Below, in pieces: positions 48,883-63,800 of a DNA stretch of 64,000 nt. The notes beneath the pieces were generated by a model. That model made no database searches. It was given only the letters and a program-made list of their open reading frames with translations, and was not told the DNA's origin. Origin of the DNA: Oikopleura dioica (Eukaryota; Animalia; Chordata); assembly GCA_907165135.1 (NCBI GenBank), contig OU015568.1, positions 11,904,001 through 11,968,000 of the forward strand. The letters are read 5' to 3'. Within the stretch, counting starts at the first letter, position 1, and every line of letters starts with the position of its first letter. Both the position numbers and the translations under genes were made by a program.

Positions 48883-51800
48883 GTATTTGGCCGATTTTTC
48901 AACCGGTTCATTTCACCTGTTCACTTTCGTATACTCTCTCAAACACACATCTTCCGGGGTCTCTTGATTTCTAAATCTCATTTTTTTTTCTTTATCCAAA
49001 TAATATTATTTGTTATACTTACTACTTATATATCTTTCACGAAGAAACCCACCGGCTTATTCTTCTGATAACGCGCCATTCTGCGAGACGCTCTCATAGC
49101 AGGAGACTCATCCCCTCAAAAATTGCCAAAACTGCAGAATCAAAATCAATTGCCTGTTAATATTCGTTGACTTATCTTCACTCGCTATTCACAAAGTTTG
49201 AATGCGAAGGTTCATTTTTGCTAGGGTGCTTCGTTTTGATATCAAGGAAGAGTAAATGGTGTTATTGATGCTGTGAGCTAAGAAAAATGCTCAAACTGAA
49301 TAATAAACTAGTAAAAACATCCAGTTTTATTTCCTTTTACAATTTATCAATTCTATCTTATAGAGAGGGATTTCCTTCGAATGGCGCAGATGAACAGCAG
49401 GGGTTAATGAGCGGATTAGGAAATGGGCGCATGCGCGCGGATTTGTGTGGAGAACAGTGAGATTTGTGAATGAGCTGCCTGTGGATAAGCTTCGGTGAGC
49501 TTCAAACAAAGCTCAGGACAAATTGCTTGCAACCTGCTGTCAAATGACACTCTCGCCCGTCCAGCGGCACATGATCGACTAGAACAACTACCATTGCATT
49601 TTTACGCCTCTTCGATTATCGTAGCACGAGCTCAGAAATACGAGTCATAGAAATGCTTGCATAATGAAATCTGTTGAGTCTCGTGCCATTTGCAATTTAG
49701 CGTCGTTCAAGAAATCGAATTGTTGAAAATGTCACTTTCCTGAAAAACTGGATTTGTTGCGTCTTGGAACCAGCGACCTTCTCCTTCGCTTGAATCCTGG
49801 AGCGTGAGAAAGCTTAGTACTTGGCGTGGTATTTGTATGTCCTGTTTATCCGATTCTAGTGTGTCTTGGAGCACGTTCCAGCCGAGAGGAGCGAAAATCG
49901 CCAAATCGGAAACGCGATTTTTGGGTACTGCCGAAATGTCTTTTATGGACACAAGCAAGAAATTACTGGAACACGGGGGATTAAGGGACCCCTGTCCAGA
50001 TTATGGCGCGCACCACATTTCCGGCTTGCAACTTCCGCCTTTTATACAAACACCGGTTTTCTCACCGATTTATAAACGGTTTAACTACTTGGATTTAGAA
50101 GGGTCGGAGCAGCATTTTCGATTGCTGCTTTTGGGATTTATAAATATTTAAGAAATGAAGTTCTCTTCCGGAAGTAACTTTTGGCTGACTCCCAGTTGGC
50201 CAAATCGTTATCATTCTTTCCCCGAAAAAAGCTTGACCCGCCGTTTGAAAATAAATGCCACATTTTCAAGAACACAACACATTCCAGCGCCAGCAACATT
50301 CGGAGGAATGAAAATTATTTATTTCAAGGGCCAAATAATTTGGACGATTTGAAAAGGTCAATTTGGGCTTGAGCCATTTTCAAATTTACATTTTTTCGCC
50401 ATGTTTTTTCAAAGCTGGCCTCTCTTCCTCTTTTTTTTTGTCTTCGTGCGGCTTTGGCCGTGAAACAATAATTTCTTGGGCGAACAATATAATTTGCGAT
50501 CCCATCATGTCTAGCACTCGGTAAATAGAAATTCATTATTTCGATGTTTAGTAGAGGTGGTTCATCATCTCCTCATGACTTTTCGGCATCCCTCAAATGA
50601 ACGCTCGAATTTCTAGTGCCATTTCTTTTGAAAGCCCCATTTCAATCCATTTAGTTGTACAAAAGAAAAGTGATGCTTGATCTTCGCCAGATAATCCGGT
50701 TGTCATTTAGCCCCAATTAACAATTTTCGCCTTTCGCGGCAAAATGAAAAAGACTTGTGAACCGGGTAAATTTGTCGAAATTGACGTTGATCCCCTCGAC
50801 AATGATCAGCGATATCAACTTCATTCCACTTGGTCTTCTGTCATTAACGTGCCAAATTGGGCTTGACCTGGACTTGCGGCAGGTGCTCGGGAGAATTATG
50901 TAAAAGAGCACTGACAGACAGAAATTCGATGCTAGAACTTTTTTCTCAGGCTCGAATTTCGCTCCATTGTACAGTTTATCAAACACTTTTCGTAGGAAAT
51001 TTCGTAAATATTCTAAATTGGCGTCTAAAAATCCACGCGTATGGATCCTTATCATTAGCTCTTATCAGTAGATGATCGGAACTTGTTCCCGCCCTCTGAA
51101 CACGCGTTGAGACACTTGTCTCGGAAGAAAATGTTTGAGTGAACCAGGCTCATTAGCAACTGCTAAAAACTAGAAGGTTTGCCAATTAAGATTCCCCCTT
51201 TGGTCCTAAGTGCCTTCCCAAACGACGCCTTTGTATAAAAACTGTTTGAGATTTATCTTAACCACTCCAAAGCCAGAGGAAAATGCAAATCCTAGCATCG
51301 CGATAGTCGACCACTGAAACCGACTTTTATAACTTCTCAAGGAGTTTTGCATAAACTCGGTTCACAAGCAGTTATCGCCAAAGAGAGATAAAAAGCCATC
51401 TTTGTATAAATAACGAGGCCGACTCATGTCAAAAGTAAAATGAGATTTGTCAGCTGATCCGAAATAGATTTTGGCTATTCTAATCGCAGCATTTTCAAGG
51501 AAAGGCAGCAAATTCATCAGAAACGAATGGCCATCCATTCTAGAGCAAATTTAAAGCGCATAAAATTGACCGTATTTTTAGTTGGGAAATGCGCGTGAAA
51601 ATTATTCTTATCGCTTTTTTTCAATGAAAACATCCCACGCGTGAGTTAGAGTCTTTTTCTAGTGCGATACAATCTGTCCTGGCTTACACTAAGTTTTTCA
51701 AATCCTGCCTATTTTGACAGGCAATCTAAGTTTAGTGATTGTGCTCCGCCTAGTGTGTCATAATATGTGACCGTAAGCCTCTTATCAGCATAAATTTGTC

Positions 51801-54800
51801 GAGTACCCGAGCCAGCTTTTTTGTTAGTTTTAGCTATCTGTCTCCCACTTTTGGAAGCACTTGAAAACCGGACAGTTACCACAAGTAAAGATAATATACA
51901 GGGCATTTGCTTTTTAAAATATGCAAAAATAGAAGGTGGAGAAGTTTGTTGACTTTTAACCCTAAAGCTTTGATAAACCAATTCGCTAGTCAGGCCAAAA
52001 TCGGGAAGGACAAGGAGGATAGGCTATTTAACATTCTTAGCTCTTTGGGTTGGCGGCAGATGTTGACTAGATTCAACCCTTGTTCCAGCTCCTTGAAGAT
52101 TCAAAGAGCTACAATTCCGGAAAAGGGTTTGTCTCCTTCCGGGAATCTCGGTTTCCGCATATTTCCGGAACACTGAAGCACGTAAGAGGCCTAAATAGGT
52201 TCACCCTTTTAGTCGACGCCAATTTGTGTTGGAAAACTCGCTGTAATGTATTCCGGAAACAAGTGGAAATTTAGAAAGGAAAAATAAAAATCGCCGGAGA
52301 AGGGGGCCTTTCAAGTGACCGAGTAGGCTCATTGAGAGTTACATATGATTATCTGGACTACCAACCGCAACTTTCTGGTGCCAAAGGGCGACCGCAAGCC
52401 GTGTTACGCACACCCTAAGCCAGCGAATATGTTGTAAAAAGAATTCACAAGAAAATCGACCACTCCATCAGGCACATAAAAACGGATTAAATCGCAGTAT
52501 GTTATTTCTTAGCATGCAGCGACTTTCGCAGACCGAGTCAAGATCTAGTGAGAAACGTCATCAGGTGGTGTCTTTTTTTTCGACATCAACGACCAACTGG
52601 TCGATTTGTGGTAGATCCTTAGGAATTCGACCTCGAGAAGAGGCGCGATAGATGCAGTCGGCGGGAAAATGTCAAGTGTTGCCGCCTAAACTTACCCGGA
52701 TTCAGGTCGAATTCTTGAGCCGGATCAGTTTTTTGATTTTTTAAGGAGCCCGAAAGGACAAGAGTTCCCACAGATTAACTCCAGCTCGATACCAAGGGCA
52801 ACAGTTTTTCAAATCGCGAATCCGTGACGAATAGATTTTTCCTAGAAAAGAAAATAAGTGGTCATCGTATCATCATTTATGTTCGCCTGAACCACTGAAT
52901 GTTATCTTAGGGAAAATACAGTAATATGATAACGACCTGTTAATTTGGCATATTTTTGGATGGCACTTTATTTTTCCAAAAAGGCTCGAAATCCGGATTA
53001 CTGGTCGGATTAAGGTCGAGTTTTTCGGGTTATTAAAAATGCCTCCAACTTTCGCGAAATATACAAATCTTGAGGGTTGTTAAACCAACAGCCTATATAA
53101 ATTATAACTACTACCGGCGAAAATCTGTACCCTCCCAAATTTGTGTATTGTCACGTGATCAATATTGGCTGCGCGGGGATCTTATAAAACGCATCAAGGA
53201 AATACACAAGTGGCCCAATTCTGAGTCGATCCCGGTTCCGATAATTTCAAAAACTTCGATTTTCGAAAAAGGGGTCATTAATTTTCCCAAATTAAGGGCC
53301 TCCCCGGATTATTTTGTAAACAATTGGCCTAATTGTAATTATTCCCGCTTTATTATGTTTTTCAGGGCAAAGCAATAAGACTAAAATAATCGCTTATTCT
53401 GACGTGAAATAATAAAGCCTCGAAAATTAGCAGAAACTGAGGGATTGGAACTGGTGCCAAAAATGGTGAATGAGCGGTTTTGTAGCTTGTCTTTTTCTCC
53501 GAAGCGGATTTACAATTTTGCTCATTAGCGGGCAAGGGTCAAAAAGAAGAGATCCTCAGCTGCGGAATTATGAATCAGAAATTAACCCGTTCTTTATTAA
53601 AAAGGACGATACAGTAGAAACACCAATCATGCTCCTGCCAAAAAGTCTTTATACGTAAAATTTCGTTACGTTTCCTGTAGTTTAATACTTGGGCAAATGT
53701 CTGCGGCTGTATATCGGCCGCCCCTTGAGATGTTCGTTTCCGCATTTCGCATGGCAAAGTCAAATAAGTCAATTTATTTCGCGCGAATTTTATTGATGCC
53801 AGTCAGACCGGGGAGCAAATAGAACTCCCTGTGAAGAAAATGACGGACAGGAAATATGACGGTTCTGCTAGCAACACGTGAGCGAAAATATTTACAAACG
53901 AAGTTGAAAAGATACAAGCCGCAATTGTTGATTGTAAGGACATAACCGCCAATTCTGATGGATTTAGAAGTGAAGACCTCCCGAATCGGAACAGGCGTAA
54001 TCTTCATTCGAATTTTTACATGAACGAGGACTTTCTTTGAATTACTGTATCGAGCAGGTACATTTGAATATCAAAGCTCCCAAAATCCGACAAAGGGCGA
54101 AAGGTCAAAATGTAAATGTTTCTCCCTAAAAAAGGATTAATCTTTTCAAGCACCGAAAAAGCGGATTTTCCCCTCGACCAGTGTTTTCGCAAAAACAGCT
54201 AGTGTTCCTTTCAGATTCAAATTCCTCATTTCGCGCGCCGCTAAAAATGCATACAATGCACCTGTTTACAAAAAAATCGTTTTCAAAATAAAAGAAAAAT
54301 ATTTTCTCACACTCTCCTGGTTCTTTTTCTCATGGCGGCTCTTGAAAGCAAATAAGGGACACCTTGCAACAATGGGTTAAAGTCTATACTTACCATTCCT
54401 GTGCATAACCGAGCGCGAAAGTTATGCCCGGGGAAGAGATAAAGAAAAAGTTCTAATGCAACCGCGAAATTTCAAATTTTACATTCTAGCGCCGATAAGT
54501 TTTGAAAAAAATTTGGAAAACCAAAATACTAATTTCCAGCCGCAGCTTAGAAGTTATTGTCGGCCTAATTACCGGTTTTAAAGGTCGAGAAAAAATTCGA
54601 TTCAAAACTGGCTGTCTAAATTCCTAAATTCGAAATTCTCAAAATCCAAAGTTTAATCCGTGTACCCACCTTGGCCAAATCCTTCTGGAGAAATCGAAGG
54701 CTGGGCCAAAATTCATGAATTTAACCCTCTTTGGCCGTGTTGCCACAACTCGAGTCCCATCCCAAGGGCTCTGCGGCATAAGCGTCGCCGCCTTATGGAC

Positions 54801-57800
54801 TTTTCGCCAATTTTTGGCAATTACGGTCACTTCCTCTTCGTAATACTTGAGCGAATTCTTGAGGGCGTATTTTGCCGTTTTAGAAGAGGCAAATCTGCTA
54901 CGAATTGTCGTATTTTCAACAGAAAAACGAAGATATCTTACCAGCCGTATTTTTGTATTTTCAGGATTGATACATGTCTAATAGTCTACTTTTAAAATCT
55001 CCTTGAAGGCTGAAAATCGTGTAGAACTAGTTAAACGCAGCATAAGGGCTTATCCACTTGGCGCGGACATCCGTCTGAAATACACAAACCCATTAGGAGG
55101 CACATATGGGGATGTGTATCAGGCCGCTCAATTTCCTCTGGCCGCTCAATTTCGCTTTGAAGGACTTATCCACGGGACTATCGATCTCGGAGCAACTGGT
55201 GTCCAACTCGGCGCAAGTCAAGTGGCCAATCTTCCAATTTTGGCTACGATTTCGAAAAAATGAAATTCGCTCGAAAACAGGGCCATTTGCTCCGCTCTAC
55301 TAGTCAGGCAGCCGGCTCTAGAACCGGGCAAGAACTGAACCCAACCATTAGCTGAATACCATTAGATCCTTAAGATTTTTGAACACATTCCACAGCAGCG
55401 GGAATGACATTTGGAATGCTCCCAGCGCCAGTTGGAAAAAAGTGGAATTCCGGCAGACGAATTTGTTCTTTGTCCCTGGAAATAAATAAAAGACCAGAAA
55501 CAGGTTTTACTCAGAAAGATGGAAGCTCTGAAAACCAGTTTATTTGACAGGAAACGATGTTTTTCTTCAATCTGAATCACGCTCCGCAAAATTGATGAAT
55601 GACATTATAATTCCACTTTATGTAGCTTTGGTTTTTCGCAAATTTAGAAAAATTCTCGTCCTGCGTGGAAAATTGGTACAAGGTCAGGACAAGAGTGATT
55701 GTGGTCGTCGCTCTCCGACTCGGTGATATGTCCGGCCTAAAATATCAAATTAATCAACCTTTTTAGCTTAATCCTGCAGTGCAACGGGAGGCAGATACGT
55801 CTTGGCATTTTGGGTGGAATTTTGTTCAATAGGGCGGGTTTTTGGCACCATCCGGTTGACTTTTCTTACTGGAAGATTTTCGTAGCTTATCTTGCTTCCA
55901 GAAACCTTCCGAAAGTGAAATTCTTATAAAACAAGACGGAAGAAAATGGCAATATTTCGGGGAAAAATCAATCAATGAAGAAAATCTTATGGGCCCTTGA
56001 AGATCAAGACAGGAAAAAGCCATGGCTTTTTGAGCATCAAAAGTGCCTCCTCCCGATAAAAATAAGAGAGAGGCAGATGGATAAGAGGCTCAACTGAACT
56101 TTTTATGATGCCTCGTGGATCCTGGGATGAGTAGATGTTTTCAAAGGGAAAAGGACACTGGTCACGATGGCACCCGCTGGTAAAGACACGTTCCAAAGTT
56201 GGTTTTATGGCGCTTGGCGAGCTGCTGCTCTCGCCGTCCTAGTCATCCTTGGATTGATGGGCGGTTCGGGGGAAATGTCGCATGGGATACGAGCCAGCCC
56301 TAAAAACCCATAATTCTTGATATAAACCCTTTCTTCTGTTCTTCCTCCTTTCAAGAATCTATATCAAATTCATGCAACCATAAGCAATATATTCAAAGAC
56401 GAAGATTCAAGTTCATCCCTTTGAGGATTAATAATTATTGAGTCGTTTTGCAGCTGATCCTCCGGAACTCCCGCTGCGAGCTCTCACATGCTCCTAACAT
56501 AAGTGTATCTGACCCTGAAGCCTTGTCGGCGTTGTCTTCTGAGGATTCGGATGTCGGCCGAGTGTTTGATGTCTCGAGGCGGAGTATCGATTGGCCTCAG
56601 GCGAGTGAATCTAGAGAAAATTTGTTCCGGACGAAGGGTTCTTGGTCCACTTCCAAAAATTTGTCCAACTCGCTTCCCGACGCTGTCAGATGCTTAATTT
56701 TTAATCGGAGAAAAATGTTGCTGCATATCACGTGGTTATATGTTCATTTGTGCTACGAACAGATTATGAAAGATTAATTCGGGTGACAGCACTTTTTGGA
56801 ACTGAAAGGCGACCCATCCCAGTTTTGTGACAACTTTTTGACAAGGGGCAGGTGACAATGGCTACCCTCACTGAGCACCATCTTATAGATTGGGGCCAGT
56901 TTTCTCACACTTCTTTTTCCAAGTCCTTTTCAGGGCACATTTCTTTGGGAACTCGATATTTGGAAAAACAATATCCCGATCTTTCAAAACTCTTTCAACA
57001 ATGGTTTCAAACGATCAGTATTTCAGTTTCATGCTTCTTACAAAATGCGAAGTTAAAAAATGCCCCTCCTGTTACTTATCGAAGTATCCAATTCGATGAT
57101 GGTGTCCCTCGTTCTCAAGCTGTAAAGATTAATCTCCTAACCTTTCTCACGAGGAAGGGAGGAAACGCTCTAGGACTGTGACTTACAAGGAGTGCATAGA
57201 ATCATCTGTTGATTGATTAAAAGGACACTTGGATCTACGGACTATACACCGGTTCTTCTTCGATAATCCCCAGGAAGGGCGAAATTAATTAACGCGCACA
57301 AAACTCATCCGTTCGGGTCACCAGGGCTGAAATTAATTCTAAACACTACGTCAGGCGAAATTCGCCAAGTTGACATTTACACTTTTTTGAAATGCAGCGT
57401 TTTTATTTGATATACAGGACTATTATAGAACATTTAGGCTCAATTCAGAAGGCATTTTTCCTGCATCTTTTGAGACGAGGCCGACTAGACTTAGGAAAAA
57501 AATACGGTGTTTATAACTCCTGGCCATTTTTGGCAAGCTTTGTGGGACTTGGCAAGTCATTTCAAATCAGAATTACAGTAATGTACTGTAAAGCTTCCCT
57601 TTGAAGTGCAGGTGTACTCATGATCCATTACACTATCGATAATAGGGCCAATAACTGTCTAGAGACAAACATCTCCATCGTGTGAACTGAATGGCTAGTG
57701 CGCCAAAGTCAACACTAGAATCGCCAGAAAAAGCAAATTTACACTCCTCTCAATTGACTGAGCGATATGGGCGCTCAATAATCTCATCAAAAGTGCACCT

Positions 57801-60800
57801 GAATAGAACTTTAGCTCCAACTACCTCTTTACAAGAGCATTCTCTTTTTACCAAAGTCGTATTGAAAATCACCTAACCACTAATTACCGGATTATTTGCT
57901 CTTGAATATCGAGAATATCCAAATTCTCAATACCATTATTCAGTCAGAAAGTAGGAGTATTTAGCATATTTTTACATGAGATAAATGCTCAAGAAATTGT
58001 TTGGTGGAATAAATCTCAATTCGAAAGCCTTGTATTCTGAAACAGTATTATGATTGCCATGGCTGAAATGCAATCAAAGGTGCCATAATTAACTCATTGT
58101 CAATTCAAATGGTTAAAAGGGGCGAAGAAACGTCCCACAGCATATGGCCTCATTACCGTTTATAGATCGAATTGGGGCGAACCTTGATGAGAAATTCATG
58201 AAAATCATTTCTCCTCGAATGACTCAACTTCCATTTGATACTACAAATAAAGCTTTAAATCTTTATCTTCCAATTTATTACAAAGAAACTGTCTTCTGCA
58301 TTGCGATACGGCCGAGGTGAGCTCATCCGTCTTATCGGGTCCGACTTATCCCCTGCTGCCCATCTCCTCTTATCTCCATTACTTTAGTTGCGAAATCCCC
58401 ACTTCTCATGGTATAATATACTCCGAGTTTAATATCTTATCTCAAGTTTATATAACCCCATCCCTTACCGGCACGAGGAAGAAGTACAGTTTTAAATGAA
58501 GGAGCTTCGGAAGAATCGAATAAGTACTAGCACATAATATAAATTTCTAAAATGAGGGATCCCCAATAATAGAACCACGGACTTAAAACTTTCTTCATCA
58601 ATAAAAATGGAATTTTGAAGAATAATTTAGGTTTTTGATAGAAAAATGGCAAAGAAACGCGATTTTCTTCGAAATGAAAGTAGGGGACACGTTTTTATTC
58701 AAGAGAACCGCCTCAAGTTCCTAATATCGCGCCGCTCGTAAATAAAAAATTCCCAACACGTTCCAATGCGGTTTGAGCTACGTAGTCTGTGTACTTCCGC
58801 ACTTCAGTGGGACAAGTGATCCGGTTATTTCCTTTTTGATGCTGATCCAAAATGTAAATATTTAGAGCTCCATCATTACGGTCAGAGTCAGATTCTCCTG
58901 CTTTCTGATGCTTTCTAGTTCCATCTTTCGCGTTTGAAATGCACGCAAAATCGACTTCTGAATTTCAAGCTCAAACGACTCAAACCCGTTTTTTCTTGAG
59001 CGCTAATGGTTCATCCGGCTTTCCGAATATTTGATTTCGCCCGTTTTTTGTCAAAGCTTGAAACAATTATGCCCGGCTTGGTGGTGGTTTTAATCCTCCT
59101 CTCTCCTCCTGCCTGAATCAGTGAATCGTGATTGCACCTCCCTGAATAATCCAGCCTTAGTGCCAGAGGTTTATTCAATATCGATCCATCCAAAAGGCCT
59201 ACTTTCTATTTTCCCTTGTTCGAAAAAGAGTCATGTAATTTCCGATAAAAGGCGATTTCCGAGAGCTCGGCGGGCGATCAGGTGGATAGGTACATATCCT
59301 GCCGAGCAATTTCCAATATCCTGGGAAGTCAGGTGACCTGGGTATCCCACAGAGTCTTCCTGGGAAAGACAATTAGTAGACAAGTAGAATGTATGTAAAA
59401 TTGTTACTAAAATAAACCTGGCGCTGAGAAAAAAGACGATTCGAGAGGTCACCTGGGCCGGTTACGGTAGTTTACGCTTTATCACAGTCATTTACGGCGG
59501 CAATCAAAGAGGTTGATCTCCGGCCAAATTTAGGTCGAGTACCTTCATTTTGCTTGATGCAAGTGTTTCTGACGACCTTCCAATAATTACACAGTAGCTT
59601 TTTGCAACTTTTGATGATATTTTTATTTGCCCGGAAGAATTCTATAATGCCAGGTCAACATGCAGCCCCTCGAGGAAATCGTAATCTCTCCAAGGTCCTT
59701 CTCACACATTTTCCAACATTCGGTGGGGTTTACGGCTATTTACCGAGTGTTTTTATGAATATGTTTAAATAATTTACGCCCCTTGTTCAAATTGCACTCG
59801 TGGCCTTGGGAAGAACAATGGCATTTGAACATTTGGTTATCTTTCTTTTTCACGCTGGCTTGAGTTATAATTTGAGTGCTTTCAAACAATTTGACGAAGA
59901 GAAATTTCAACTAATATTTCTCTGTATTATTGATTCTTCGAAAAATTGATATGATAGTGAAAAATTCAGTAAAATCGAAGTGATAGTAGGTTGAGTACCA
60001 AGCAACGCGTATTTGGCTGAAATTTTCGACCTCAAAAGGTCGCGTGTTTAGCCCAGTTAGCCGTGTATTTGTATTGAAATCGGAAGTAAATCTTATTTAC
60101 CCCATAAATATGGCTAACCTTAGAGACACAAAAGTACCTGGATTTTTATTTAATATTTCATCATATACACGGAAACATTGTGGAAGATATCCGCCCAGGA
60201 AGATCGCCCTCTAAATGAGCGCCTTGTATATTTTTTCTTTGAGAAATCTTTGAACTAATCTGCTTTTAGTCAGATGCCAAAGTATTCGTGTTCATGATGA
60301 GTTCCATGGTTCTCATCTTGCTCCTTACTTTTCAGGTTTGACGGTTTCGAAGCCTTAAAAAAAGATATCTTTGAAATAGAAAAGATACTCCTAGATTAAG
60401 GGTACACCCTTTACTTTCTTTGAAAAGACTGTTTACTAAACAGAGGTGCAATAAATCTTATCAGACATCTATCTTACTCCTGAACAACGAAACCGGTCAG
60501 TTTGATCCACTTGATCACATTTTGAAGATTTGAGCTCTAATTCTGACTAAGTGGCTAACTGCGCCAGGAAAGAATATACCGCCTGGGCGATTGAACGGCC
60601 GACAGGCACTTGGTCTTGTTTGACAGAAATCATCGCCCGCTCTTTCTGTCCCTGGTTCTAGCGCACTTTGTCAAGATGAATGGTCTCCCACGGCGTCATC
60701 CGGACTAAACAACTTCTGACTCTTTTGCAATGTGAAATCGCAGGAGCTGCTTTGCAGGGGAGCTGATCAACAAATGCCTTTGATCACGGCGGAAATTATC

Positions 60801-63800
60801 GGAACCTGTCACCAAAGTGCTCCGGCGCCTTTCATCTTTTGAGGTGGGGTGCAGCAAATAACCCTTGACCGATAGAGTGATTTCATGCAAGGCTCCGGGA
60901 CTTGACAGTTAGTGGTTTAGAAGTGAGACAGATCGTTTTTAAAAAATCGTATTTTCACGAATAAGAAATGCTCTCTTGAAACCTAGCCTTTCAAAAATTC
61001 TGTGATTCTAAAGGAGAAGCACAGATTTTGGAGTTTTTGAGAGGATTAATTTGAAATCGGATGTTTCTAGTTATAACTTATAAGCCAATGTTTTGATTTC
61101 CCGTTTTTGGCTTTTCAGAGCCTGGGAAAATGAAAAGTTTTTATACAAGTTGAGATGTTCACGGTCGATTGACAAAAGCTCGAAATCACCAACGTCCTGG
61201 CTCATCTTTTGAAGAGCATCCGCGAATAGGAGCTTATTCAAGTCTGAAGTCACGTGGGAGTCATTCCGCTCCCGGAAAGTGCTGCCAGAGCGGAAGTTAA
61301 AATGCATTCTCCTTCCATGTAAGAATGTCCGGGCGTAATCGTAACGCGCATAATTAATGCTTCATTCTTTCTTTTTTAAGTTTGAAAGTGAAACCCCGAC
61401 AAATATTTAATACACGGCCAGGGCAATGGGTCGCTTGTTTGAATCTCATTATAGAGCTCTTTTCTATTTTCACCAAGAAAAATCTCAATCATTTCCTCCC
61501 GAAAGCTTGCCTAGCTGATCCATATGCCCAAATCGCAAGAATATCTTTACGGAACTAATTTAAAAACAATCTTCAATCTTTGTCCGCCGGATGCGTCAGA
61601 CGCATATTGCATCAGATTTCACACCAGGTCCCTTAGCTCGCCAATTTTCAGAATTCCTGCTGCCAGCATCAATCATGGGCAAATTTCACGGTTGCAAGAC
61701 ATCTTGAACAAAATTTTTGTAATGCCTAAATGTGCACGAGTCAGGGTCAAAATAATAATTTCAAAAGAAACTTTGCCGACTCGTCAAAAGAAGAAAAAAT
61801 TCCATCAGCTGAAGCAGAAAATGTAATTTGCAATTATTTAGACTGGTTACCGCCGGGCGAGAAATGCGGGTACCTAATTAAATGCCTGGAAAAACTGAGC
61901 TGTCATTTTTTCTATGACAAAATCAAATTGATAAGAACATATTGTAATTATAGGTTTGAATGTCCCGCGCTTTTCGCGTGCTTTTGGGCACTTTTGAGCG
62001 CAAAAATCAAAAACATCTTCTATTTTATCTTTATCTAAGCTTCTTTTTTACTATGTTAAATTCTCTGGAAATGGTTGGAGACCACAAAATGCTAAAAATC
62101 CTCTGCCTTTTTTAAAAATATTTCTTCAAGTAACCCTAATCGCGATCGGAAGTAAAAACTTCCTGTGGCACCATTTTTTTTTTCGTTAAATATTCTTGGC
62201 GATCTTCAACACACGCGATGGCACCTCGCGGTCGGCCAGAAATAACTTGGGAGGAAGCGGCGGCGGTTGACAGGTAGCTCGATAAGGGGAGAGGATTGAG
62301 TTGCAACCGCTTGATTATTATTTTGAACTTGTGCCCTTTTTAGAGGCGCGTTATGGTTACGGATTGACCCGGGGATTATGGGACTGATACCCGGGGAAAG
62401 TGTGACTCTAGCAGGTGCATTTTAGCCGCCTGTCTGACCCTTAAGCTCTTCCGATTAAAAAAACGGCAGAAAATTGATAGTTTATCGGTCAAGAGAGGGA
62501 GGCAAAAAAAGGATCAAAATGGCGACCGCCGACTTCCGATAAATTTAAACACATCAAGTGTTGGTTTGAGCAAACTCTTTAGGGACTCGCTAAAGGACTA
62601 TTTTTCGCAAATAGAGTTCAAAACGCTCCTCGTAGCGCGGGATTAGGGGAATTAGGTTTTGCGTATTTGTATTTGATCAAATGGGACTCGCAAATTGTTC
62701 ATTGGATAAATGTTTCGGCTTATCTTTTGAGCAAGATTGAGGGTTTTTTCTCAACTGGTGTGGGTTCAGGAGAATACGTTGATCCCTGTATATCACTCGG
62801 GAAAAATTCAGCAAGGAAAATCTGGACCATAAGGAGCTACGTTCACTTCCCAAAAAGCGTGACATGAATTTTTCATGTAATCGTGCGCATATATTCCCCA
62901 GGCCGGAAAAGGCCGGTTTCCAAGGAAATCATTCTGACATAATCTTCCCTAAGTAACACTTATGAATCGACTTGTCAGAAAGCTGGCACTAATCGCTGCG
63001 GCTGAAAAATGTATAGTCTGAATGCATCAAGTAAAAATTGAACGAGGGAAATTGGAGTTGAAAAAAAGTTTCTTTGAGAAAATGCTGATATAATGGTTCT
63101 TAGTGGTTACTCTGGCACGAGTGCCCGAGAATCTGATAAGAGCATGCAGATTGCTTCCCGATTAGTTTCGAGCACTAAAATATCCCGCTGAGTCTATTTC
63201 TTTATTTCACCTGGAAGAAAAACTAACCATCCAATTTTGAATGATTTTGGAAGCCCAAGTCTGGAGTTATGAAAGCATGGCCTGCTTGTTTAGGCTCAAT
63301 AAAGCATCATTCTATTTATGAACTCAGCATAACTCTTGTTGAAAAGAGCGCTGGCTACATTCTTGGTTTATTTTGAGATGCAAATTACCTTGACATGATT
63401 TGAGAATCTCTCTATTTACTTTTGCAGCCGCGTTGTTGGTAAATTAAGAGGCATTGGAAAGCCCTAGCTCATCCGCAAAAAGAAGATAGACCTAAATGTC
63501 TGTAAATCTTTGCTAATCCCGGACATTGGCATTCTGGTGGCTTCATAATTGTGAAAATTGGTGAAGACCTTAATCCGGCTTTGGCGAATCTTTGGAATTG
63601 CCAGAATCGATGAAATCATTTTCCACAAAGCCATACTTTCAAATCGACGCCCCATATGGCTCCAGGACTCGAGCAGGACCTGGACGAGCTCGAGCGTCGA
63701 TCCCAGAGCTCAATCCGCGGGGGTAGCTCCTGCGCGACATCTCCGATCTGCGCTAAATGACGCAACAGCGCCATATGCGCCGCCGTGGCCGAGGATGCGC

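Noticed and set aside
49105-49116. ACTCATCCC matches to the start of the Oikopleura spliced leader (also near 56124-56133, minus)
   Set aside because: Only 9-10 nt match and the rest of the leader and donor are absent.
51709-51981. YYDTLG resembling a Ulp1/SENP protease motif
   Set aside because: No upstream HW or downstream QxxxxDCG catalytic motifs.
56852-57181. WFQ-containing ORF as a possible homeobox
   Set aside because: Lacks the WFQNRR helix and the homeodomain spacing.
60170-60400. Short plus-strand segment FDGFEALKKDI resembling a riboflavin kinase C-terminus
   Set aside because: It needs an 8-nt exon to assemble and no catalytic motifs are nearby.
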